Source of the DNA: a virus
Taxonomy: Duplodnaviria; Caudoviricetes
Virus record (IMG/VR): IMGVR_UViG_3300021420_000043
Location: 1 to 54,541 of that record
DNA: 54,541 bases
Reading direction: 5' to 3' (one strand)
Shown here: positions 26,919 through 34,499 of the stretch, in pieces
How positions within the stretch are numbered: position 1 is the first letter of the stretch
Layout: each line of letters begins with the position of its first letter
Position numbers and translations under genes: made by a program
The notes under the pieces: model-generated
Seen by the model: the letters and a program-made list of their open reading frames with translations, nothing else
Databases searched by the model: none
What the model was told of the DNA's origin: nothing

Positions 26919-29480
26919 TCAAAGCGGCGCCAGCGTTACTGTGTGGCGAGACTGCGGCACCGTGGCCATGACGCGCGGCGCAGGCATGCTGACGGTGATT
27001 TGTTGCGACGGCGTAGTCAGCCAAGACGGCACAGCCACGAGAAACTTGACCAGTTGCGACAACGGCCCGCTGCTCGGCGCGGCGTCGAGCGGCGCCAGCG
27101 TAACGCGCGAGCGCGGCGACGGCACGGTGAGCGCGACCCGCGGCGCGGCGGCACAAATGGCCGATCTTTTGGCCGGTGTGGTGATCCAATCCGGGTTGGC
27201 AAAGAAAATCTCGAACAAGCGCAGCAACGGGATGCGACCCATTGCGACGATCTTGCCAAGCGTCACCAGGATAGGCGTACACAGCGTCGCGACGCCGTGC
27301 CCGGCAAGCTGCAGTGCTGCGGCCAGTGCGACGCGGCCGTGCGGTTGCGTCATCGCAACGATGCGCAGCCGGCCTCGACCGGACAGAATCAGGCTCCATG
27401 CCGGTGACGCGGCGGCCACGATCCGCGCCGCGGCGCGACCAAATACACGGGCCGCAAGGTGCAGCGGCGCGGTGGTGATTGTGACGATGGCAATGGCTGC
27501 CGTGAGTGCCACGCGGCCTCGCGGGCGCACCAACGAAGCGACGCGTAACGCCAAGCGAGCGGCCAGACCGATGCGACCGAGCGCGCCGCCTTGCGCCAGT
27601 TGCGCGACGAAGCCGCGGCCACGTAGCCTGGCTGACCAGCGCGGCGCGACACCGCCCAGCGAAGCCGCAACGGTGCTGCCGAACAGGCCAAGCGCGACGC
27701 CAAGCTTTGATGTGGCGCGCGACAAAGCCGCAGTGCCGCGGCCCAATAGCGCAACGGTGAGGCGATGAGTAGATGTGGCGGACAGTGCGGCGCGGGCGCT
27801 GCCGGCCAATCTGAGGCGGCCACTGACTGCCGCGATAGCGGCGAGTGCGACCTGTCCGCTGCCGACTAAAATGGCGCGGGTCCGTACCGAGGCTTTGGCG
27901 CCGGTCCATGCCGTAACGGCGCTGGTCGAAAGCTGCGCCACGCCGCGGAGCGGCGCTTTGGTGCCGGCAAGTGCCGCGACGCTGCGGCCGAACATGGTGA
28001 CGACAGCGGCGACTGCTGACGATGGCCAAGTCGTGGCAGCACCAAACACAATACGGGCGGTGCCGATCAATCGCAATCGGCCGTGCGCCGTGGCACCGGC
28101 CAGCGAGGCGACAACGGCGCGACCGGTCAGATGCGCGGTATAGCGAAACCCAGCTATGGTCCCCGACACTGCCGCAACAGTGCGGCCCGACAGGGTGACC
28201 GTAAAGCCGGCCGAAAGTGTTGCTGCGGATACCGCAGCGACGGCGAGGGCGCGCAGCGTGAGCCGGCCCTGTGCTGCGGCGGTGAAACCGGAAACATTGG
28301 CGATCGAGGCGGTGACCAGTGGCAAGGTCGCGCTGACCGCAGCGGCGATGCTGGACCATGCCGCGGCGGTGCGGCCGGAAAGTTGGATCGTCAAACGAAC
28401 GACAGGTGTGGCGGACAGCGCGGCAAGCGCGGTGCCGATCAGGCTCACTGTGCCGCTGGCGCCAGCGATGCCAACAGTTGACGCCGTGATGCGGCCGACA
28501 AGGAGCAATCTGGCGGCAACATTCGTTGCCGCACCAAAGCATGCCGTTGCGCCACGACCAACAAGACCGATAGCGAAGCGACTCGGCGACGCGGCGGACC
28601 AGCCAGTCAACGCCGCCGCTGATAAATTCAACAGTGGTGCGCTCACGCTGCGGCCGGCACCGGCACCGAGCGCGCGACCGAGCAAGCTCACAATTCCAGT
28701 AAGCGATAACGTGCCGGACCAAGCCAAGCCGGTCACGGTTTGCAGCCTCAACCGGCCGCCAGGTGTCGCCACTAGACTGATAGCAGAAGCGACGCGGCCG
28801 GCAAGGTTAAGGCGACCAAAAGCTGTGCCGCGCGCCAGGTGCGCGAGGGCGCCGCGGCTGCCGAGCAACGCGGACCAGCGCGGCGTGACGTAACCCGACG
28901 TGGCCGCTGCCAGGCGCGCCGTGAGCGAGGCGATGGCGCGCAGATAAGAGGATGGGCCGAACAACACCGCCGCGCCACGGCCGAAAAGTATCAGCGTGCC
29001 ACGAACCGATGACGCCGCCGACATGACAGCGCTGGCGCTGCCAGTCAGTTTGACCTTGGCCCTGCCGCCCGTCGTGCCGGCCAGCACAGCATTGCAACGA
29101 GCGGCCAAAACAAGACCGGCTGCCGAGGTGGCGTAAGCTGTTGCCGCCAACGCGCCGAGGCTACGCAACCGCACAAGCGGCGCCAAGTTGACGATGGAGC
29201 GCAACGCGGCTATGCCGCGCGCACCAATGCTGAGCAGGCCGCGCGGCACCAGCACGGCCGATACCACGACGCCAAGGCGACCTAACAGAATGGCGACGAG
29301 TTTTGGTGTCGTGGCGTAAGTTTGCGACGCCAGCAATCCTGTTGTGCTAAGAACAGCACGCGCTGCGGCAGAGTTGCGGCCAGACAGTGCGGTCGTTGCC
29401 TGGGCCTGCAGCGCCTGGACCGTGGCCGGCCCGGCATCGCCAAAGGTCACCTCACCGAACGTACCGGGGCCGAAAAACAT
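26919..29480 (-). CDS. 853 aa Ala/Leu/Gly/Arg-rich 20-aa-repeat protein (putative fibre)
   Basis: GGAG RBS; MFFGPGTFGEVTFG N-terminus; visible 20-residue period. Confidence 0.7.
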   Translation of the reverse strand: MFFGPGTFGEVTFGDAGPATVQALQAQATTALSGRNSAAARAVLSTTGLLASQTYATTPKLVAILLGRLGVVVSAVLVPRGLLSIGARGIAALRSIVNLAPLVRLRSLGALAATAYATSAAGLVLAARCNAVLAGTTGGRAKVKLTGSASAVMSAASSVRGTLILFGRGAAVLFGPSSYLRAIASLTARLAAATSGYVTPRWSALLGSRGALAHLARGTAFGRLNLAGRVASAISLVATPGGRLRLQTVTGLAWSGTLSLTGIVSLLGRALGAGAGRSVSAPLLNLSAAALTGWSAASPSRFAIGLVGRGATACFGAATNVAARLLLVGRITASTVGIAGASGTVSLIGTALAALSATPVVRLTIQLSGRTAAAWSSIAAAVSATLPLVTASIANVSGFTAAAQGRLTLRALAVAAVSAATLSAGFTVTLSGRTVAAVSGTIAGFRYTAHLTGRAVVASLAGATAHGRLRLIGTARIVFGAATTWPSSAVAAVVTMFGRSVAALAGTKAPLRGVAQLSTSAVTAWTGAKASVRTRAILVGSGQVALAAIAAVSGRLRLAGSARAALSATSTHRLTVALLGRGTAALSRATSKLGVALGLFGSTVAASLGGVAPRWSARLRGRGFVAQLAQGGALGRIGLAARLALRVASLVRPRGRVALTAAIAIVTITTAPLHLAARVFGRAAARIVAAASPAWSLILSGRGRLRIVAMTQPHGRVALAAALQLAGHGVATLCTPILVTLGKIVAMGRIPLLRLFEIFFANPDWITTPAKRSAICAAAPRVALTVPSPRSRVTLAPLDAAPSSGPLSQLVKFLVAVPSWLTTPSQQITVSMPAPRVMATVPQSRHTVTLAPL

Positions 29481-29495
29481 GCGACGGCTCCGTGG

Positions 29496-29996
29496 TTATG
29501 CCGCCTGCGCCACGTCTCCATGCGCTGGTTGTCGCAACGTTGTTTTGAATATGTCGCGGTAATTGCCGGTCTCGCCGGCCTCGCCGGCCTCAAGTTCGTC
29601 TGCGGGAAAATCAACGACAGGTTCAAGGCCGCGCAGCACCGTGATCGGCGTCTGGTTGTCCTCGATGTTCAATTCCTCGACCATCAGCTTTTTCTTGGGC
29701 AGACGAATCTCGATGTCGAGCGCGCGAAGCTCGCCGTCGATACGATTGGCTTCGACCTGTTGGTCGGGGGTAAATGTGCCGGCACCGCCCGTAATATCGC
29801 GAACGCGATCGGCGAGTTCGTCGGCGTAGGCTTTCATGACCGGCTGCAGGATGCCCAGCACGTTGCGCAGGAACAGACGTGTGGCCGGCTTGAGCTTCGC
29901 CTTGTCGGCGACCTTTTGGCCTTGGATGACCTGTCCGTCCAGATACGTGATGGCATTCTGCAAGTCGATCAGAACATGCATTCTGACCGTTGACAT
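29496..29996 (-). CDS. Hypothetical protein (possible fibre chaperone)
   Basis: GAGGT RBS; lies directly after a fibre gene. Confidence 0.6.
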   Translation of the reverse strand: MSTVRMHVLIDLQNAITYLDGQVIQGQKVADKAKLKPATRLFLRNVLGILQPVMKAYADELADRVRDITGGAGTFTPDQQVEANRIDGELRALDIEIRLPKKKLMVEELNIEDNQTPITVLRGLEPVVDFPADELEAGEAGETGNYRDIFKTTLRQPAHGDVAQAA

Positions 29997-30029
29997 TGAG
30001 ACCTCACTCTTGCGCGGTAACCCCCGGTA

Positions 30030-31871
30030 TCAGCGAACGCGTCTTGCGGAAATGATGCCCCAGGCCGAGACCGTACCGGCTCCGAACACTGCCTCTACGA
30101 CCAAATAAACCGTCGTGGTGGAACCAAGACTGATCCGAATTTTAGGAACGACAGAACTTACAATACCAGAGTAGCTGCCCAATATCGTGTTGGGATAACC
30201 GGCCGCACAGTAACGCCCCGGCGTTGTCGTATCGAGGGCGGCCGAGGTCGTAGAGATTGACGACCCCAAAAATGAAATCGTGGCGGCGCCGTTGCCGACA
30301 AAACTTACGTTGCTGTCAACGTCCCAGTCGCCAGCCGTCAGCGAAATGGAGGCCAGGTTGATGGGGGTCGCTGTCGTCAGCGATGACGGCGAGGCCGCCG
30401 CAACGGAAGCGGAAATGTATTCGCCGACTGTACCCGCTGCAGCGCTATTGTTGGTGGTCGTACCGACAATATTGAGACCCAAGGCATCGCCCCAGAATTC
30501 TGCATCAGTTGTGCCGCCAGAGTTGAGCCATCGATATGAGTGGCCGCGGCGCATTTCGGCAGCAACGCCCTGTCCGCCAGCGCCGAGAGCGGTGTCGAAG
30601 GCGCCGTCGAAAAACAAGAATCCCTTGCGGAACGGCTTGGTGCCGCCAGACGCTATGTAGCAAGCTGCCGTGGGTGAGTTGGCGACAAGTGACGGGTACG
30701 CCCCTGACGTTAAGCCGAGAGCGTAAGTCGCACCGGTATTTGAAGTGAACGGCGCCTCATCGATCAGCGAGCCGCCGTTGTTGGCGTCGAACTGGTTGAG
30801 CGTTTCACCGCCAGCGCCAGCCAGGCGGAAAACAAGACCCACGATGCCGGCTGCGATCGAAGTGGCGCCAAAGATAATCGTGTTGCCGCTGCCGACTCCT
30901 GCCCCGGTGGCGTTGGCCGACATGACAACCGTCGTGCTGGTAGTCGATAGCACGGTGGTGGCGGCAGGAATGACGGACGGACTGGTCGAGTCCATAATCA
31001 GCATGCCGTTAATCACATAGGCCGGCACGGAAGCAAAATGAAGCGTGGCGTTGCCGCTGGCCGTGGTGCCGTTGGTCGCCAGGCTTAGGGTGTCATCGTT
31101 GACACCGACGCCGGTAAGTCCTTCGGAGCCACTTGAGGCGCTGCCGGCCCAGGTTCGGAAATCGGAAGTTCGCGCGGCACCGACAACGGCAAGCTCGCCG
31201 GTCGTACTGAGAATGCCGAGTTGCGCTGCACCGATGAAAGCCAAACCGGTAAGCGAATCCAACCAACACTTGGTGGTCGGCAGATATGGTGGCGTGGTCG
31301 CCAGATCAGATGACGATACCGTGGCCGGACCGATAAACACGCGATTGAAGCGATCTACAACACCCGTGCCGCCAGTGAAGCCGAAATAATTGCCGAGATA
31401 GAACGTCCCGGCGTTGCCGGCCACCGACGTGGTATCGGTCCAGGTGCCGCCAGTGATCGCGACGTTGGCGGCGCTTTGCGTTGCGATCGAGCCGAGGCCG
31501 AGGTTGGTGCGCGCGGTGGCGGCGACCACGTCCGAAAGATTATTGGAGGCTTGCAGAAAGTTGGCGACATCTTCCGCCGCGGCACAGACGATGATCTGTT
31601 GATTGCCGGTCAGGTTGATGGCTGCGTTGCCATTGGTCGAAGCCAGCGTCGTGCGGCCGGTCAGGTTGTTGGCGCCGGAGTGATACACCGCCGAGAAGAT
31701 TTCGGAGTTGACGCCGTCGTGAAAGGCAAACCGATAAGTCGTGCCGTCAACGCCGCCAGCCAGCGCAATGGTATTGAAGCCGGCAACGGCCGCACCGAGC
31801 GCGATGGTGGTGCCGGTCCCGGTGGTCGAGCTTAACTGCTTGACCAGATTGAGAAATGCCGGATTGCTCAT
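30030..31871 (-). CDS. Tail-fibre-like protein
   Basis: TTGTGTTIALGAAVAGF N-terminus; ASNNLSDV...ARTNLGLGSIATQ; C-terminal GTVGEY...SLTAGDWDV...ISARRVR. Confidence 0.75.
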   Translation of the reverse strand: MSNPAFLNLVKQLSSTTGTGTTIALGAAVAGFNTIALAGGVDGTTYRFAFHDGVNSEIFSAVYHSGANNLTGRTTLASTNGNAAINLTGNQQIIVCAAAEDVANFLQASNNLSDVVAATARTNLGLGSIATQSAANVAITGGTWTDTTSVAGNAGTFYLGNYFGFTGGTGVVDRFNRVFIGPATVSSSDLATTPPYLPTTKCWLDSLTGLAFIGAAQLGILSTTGELAVVGAARTSDFRTWAGSASSGSEGLTGVGVNDDTLSLATNGTTASGNATLHFASVPAYVINGMLIMDSTSPSVIPAATTVLSTTSTTVVMSANATGAGVGSGNTIIFGATSIAAGIVGLVFRLAGAGGETLNQFDANNGGSLIDEAPFTSNTGATYALGLTSGAYPSLVANSPTAACYIASGGTKPFRKGFLFFDGAFDTALGAGGQGVAAEMRRGHSYRWLNSGGTTDAEFWGDALGLNIVGTTTNNSAAAGTVGEYISASVAAASPSSLTTATPINLASISLTAGDWDVDSNVSFVGNGAATISFLGSSISTTSAALDTTTPGRYCAAGYPNTILGSYSGIVSSVVPKIRISLGSTTTVYLVVEAVFGAGTVSAWGIISARRVR

Positions 31872-31964
31872 GGCGGGGATGGCTCCCTTCGCCTGGCACG
31901 GTTTGCGAAGCTATGACTTAGTCAAATACGACTTGACAAAAATCGGAAAACTCAAACTGAGTTT

Positions 31965-32915
31965 TTACGCGGCGCTGAGCGTCATGGCGGCAGCGGCGAA
32001 GCTGGCGATGACATTGGCCGGAATCGATTGCTGGACGATCTCGCGGCACATGAAATTGCCGGTGGAACTGGTCCATACCGCGTTGCCGGACGTAGGCGCC
32101 GAAGCGCTCGATGACAGCGTGAACGTATCTGTGGTGTTGTTGGCCGCGTAGGACACGGTATAGCCGGTGAGGGGACCGGCCTGAGTCACGGTGGGGAAGG
32201 TGCCGCCGAACTCGACCGAACAAACAACCGGCGCACCGGCCGCGAAGCTGGCCCATGCCGTGGCGAACGCCTTGCCGGTGATCACGCCGCCGTTGCCGGA
32301 ACCGACCGAACTCATCGACACCGGCTGCCAGGCAAAGTTGCCGAGGAAATCCCACAGCAACAGATTGCCGGACGTGGCCGCATCGTAAAGACCCCAGGCA
32401 ATGACGGTGCCCCAGCCGGCGCCAGTGGCTTGCGCGAAGGTGATGATGGCGCCGTTGGTATCGGTCGAGGGACCAGTACCGCTCGGCACGCCAAACGCGG
32501 AGAACAGCAACACGTCGGTCGAACCGGAACCGGCGCTGGCCGAATTGGCATTCAACGTGATGGTGGTGCCGATCCAGGACGTGAGAACGCCCAGATAAGC
32601 GCCCTTGGTCACATCGTAAACGGCCCAGCCCAGCCCGGAGTTGCCCGATGCCGTGATCCACGGCACGGTCGAAACGTTCGGACCGGTAATGGTCGGCGAA
32701 GATGCCGAGATCGTGCTGGCCGCGGTCGCGGTGCCGGAGACCTGGACCCGCGCATAAGCAGTGCCGGAAGTCGAGACCTCGGTAAAACCGGTGCCGGCAT
32801 CGGTGCCGACCGCAGTGAACAATGCGAGCCACACCGTGGGCGTAGCCGGCACGCCGGACAAGCCGGTCAGGTTCTGCAGGATGTTCGGCGCGGAATAATT
32901 GGTGAGACCTGACAT
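31965..32915 (-). CDS. Phage fibre-base structural protein
   Basis: VWLALFTA...TEVSTSGTAYAR...ITFAQATGAGWGTV...YDAATSGNLL, a widespread phage structural family. Confidence 0.75.
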   Translation of the reverse strand: MSGLTNYSAPNILQNLTGLSGVPATPTVWLALFTAVGTDAGTGFTEVSTSGTAYARVQVSGTATAASTISASSPTITGPNVSTVPWITASGNSGLGWAVYDVTKGAYLGVLTSWIGTTITLNANSASAGSGSTDVLLFSAFGVPSGTGPSTDTNGAIITFAQATGAGWGTVIAWGLYDAATSGNLLLWDFLGNFAWQPVSMSSVGSGNGGVITGKAFATAWASFAAGAPVVCSVEFGGTFPTVTQAGPLTGYTVSYAANNTTDTFTLSSSASAPTSGNAVWTSSTGNFMCREIVQQSIPANVIASFAAAAMTLSAA

Positions 32916-33093
32916 TGGCTGGGACCTGAAATGTGTTTGGTGAAAATGAATTCGGTTTGACGAAAGCGCTATTTGCACAGTCTGGCTGAGCAAAGCGCGG
33001 CAAACTTAAACTGAAAATGGTGGGGACCGCGGCACTGCGAATGACGCGGTCCCAGATCATACGCCATCGCAAAAATGGCGGGACAGGAATAAG

Positions 33094-33459
33094 TTACGCC
33101 GCGGGCGGGGGCGGGGGCGGGGGCGGGGGCGGCGGTGCGACGGAAGCGGCAAGGGACGCGGTATCGGCCGCCAGCTTGGTAGACGCGGCCGAGATATTGG
33201 CAACGGCGGCCTCGACGGCAGCGGGATTGTTGGCCGCGACCGCGGCAGTCAGTGCCGCGAGTTCGGTCTGCACCGCGGCATCGAGCGCAGCGGCGTTTGT
33301 TGCAAGCGTGGCAACGGCAGCATTGAGATCGTCGATGGCAGCCATGGCGGAAATCTCCTGTTTGACGATTTGGGCAAGGGACTGTTGGGCGTTATCGATC
33401 GAGCGTTGCAATGCAAGCGCCCAGTCAGGTGCGCCGCTCCACGGAAATTGCCACGACAT
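33094..33459 (-). CDS. Ala-rich coiled-coil protein with a poly-Pro tail; second start at 33345
   Basis: CAGGAG RBS before MAAIDDL; ten C-terminal Pro. Confidence 0.65.
   Translation of the reverse strand: MSWQFPWSGAPDWALALQRSIDNAQQSLAQIVKQEISAMAAIDDLNAAVATLATNAAALDAAVQTELAALTAAVAANNPAAVEAAVANISAASTKLAADTASLAASVAPPPPPPPPPPPAA
33103..33135. repeat. (GGGGGC)n microsatellite encoding poly-Pro
   Basis: Directly visible. Confidence 0.9.
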
Positions 33460-33513
33460 TGACGCGGCCCTTTCCGTGTTTGTTTGGTTGCGCGAAGCGG
33501 ATTTGAACCGCTT

Positions 33514-33873
33514 TTATAAATCGAATTGACCGGCGTGAAATTTGCGGTGACAATTTGCGCACAGACAAACACACTTGGCCAGTTCCGCTATAAACTGCGA
33601 TGGCCATCGCCGGGAAAGACTCGATCCAATTGAAAATAGTTTCTGAGTGGGATCGCGGTGGTGTGCTTCAAGACAGATCGGATCAGGCTCACCACATCGA
33701 ATACAGCCATGTGACCGAAAGTGCGCAAGCAACTGTTCACAGATTGGACGGTTGGCGGCGTCGTTCTGGCGCACTCGTTTACGATGGCGACGCTTGCGTT
33801 GCGGATCGGCGTAATACGCCGCATTATAAGCACGGCTATAGATTTTCCTGGCTGCAAGGTCCTTGATCGGCAT
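33514..33873 (-). CDS. HNH-like endonuclease
   Basis: CIRCGE...LEAHHRDP...KCVCLCANCHRKFH. Confidence 0.85.
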   Translation of the reverse strand: MPIKDLAARKIYSRAYNAAYYADPQRKRRHRKRVRQNDAANRPICEQLLAHFRSHGCIRCGEPDPICLEAHHRDPTQKLFSIGSSLSRRWPSQFIAELAKCVCLCANCHRKFHAGQFDL

Positions 33874-33879
33874 GGTTAG

Positions 33880-33908
33880 ATCGTATAGAACGAAGCAAGA
33901 ACGGTCAA
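33880..33908 (-). promoter_or_regulatory. sigma70-type promoter for a leaderless HNH gene
   Basis: TTGACC-17 nt-TACGAT, 6 nt before ATG. Confidence 0.6.
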
Positions 33909-33919
33909 CGCCAATCATG

Positions 33920-33996
33920 TGGTTGCGCGAGTAAGATTTGAACTTACGACCTGTAGGTTATGGGCCTACCGAGCTACCGGACTGCTCCACCGCGCG
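33920..33996 (-). tRNA. Initiator tRNA-Met (CAT)
   Basis: Cloverleaf with C1:A72 mismatch, TGGAGCAG...GGTAGCTC D arm, GTTCAAAT T loop, encoded CCA. Confidence 0.93.
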
Positions 33997-34392
33997 ATAA
34001 ATCAATTGGAGTAATATATATGTCAGATTGGCCCTGCAATGGCCGAACCGACATACAAACTACTCTGGAACAAATAGATCGACGCCGGGATCGGGCGGCC
34101 ACGATTGCTTTTGAGGCGTCCCGGTCACTGCCGCCTATAGCGGACTCGGCGCAAACCAAAATAAAAAAGAGGCTGCACGCTTTGTCGTTGGTCGCCATGT
34201 GATGCGCCACAACTCATCGTGCCACTGTATCCCTTGTCGGGGTGCCGTTGTATTGGCGTAGCCTCTAACAAATTCGCGATCCGATTCTCTATCTCTCAGC
34301 GGCACGGACCAAGCCGGACGAACAGACAACATGGAAATGTGAAAGGCGCAGATCATTTACATGACACGCACTCCCGGCCACGCTCAACAACG

Positions 34393-34421
34393 AAAAAACC
34401 CGCCGTTTGTGGGGCGGGTTT
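34393..34421 (-). terminator. Intrinsic terminator
   Basis: AAACCCGCC-8 nt-GGCGGG followed by T6. Confidence 0.85.
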
Positions 34422-34455
34422 CGGGGCGGACGCAGCTACGTCAGTTTGTGCAGCG

Positions 34456-34484
34456 CTTATATACTATCCGGCAGACTAAGTCAA
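34456..34484 (-). promoter_or_regulatory. sigma70-type promoter (candidate late promoter)
   Basis: TTGACT-17 nt-TATAAG just after the TerL stop. Confidence 0.7.
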
Positions 34485-34499
34485 GGGCCAGCCGGACAT

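Noticed and set aside
21783-31871. Diversity-generating retroelement acting on fibre genes
   Set aside because: No reverse transcriptase and no TR/VR repeat pair found by eye
33920-33996. tRNA as the prophage attachment site
   Set aside because: It is flanked by phage genes on both sides, with no duplicated 3' end or integrase in the window
34183-34225. Hammerhead-like CGATGAG...GAC sequence on the minus strand
   Set aside because: Core deviates from CUGAUGA and GAAA, and I could not build stems I and III
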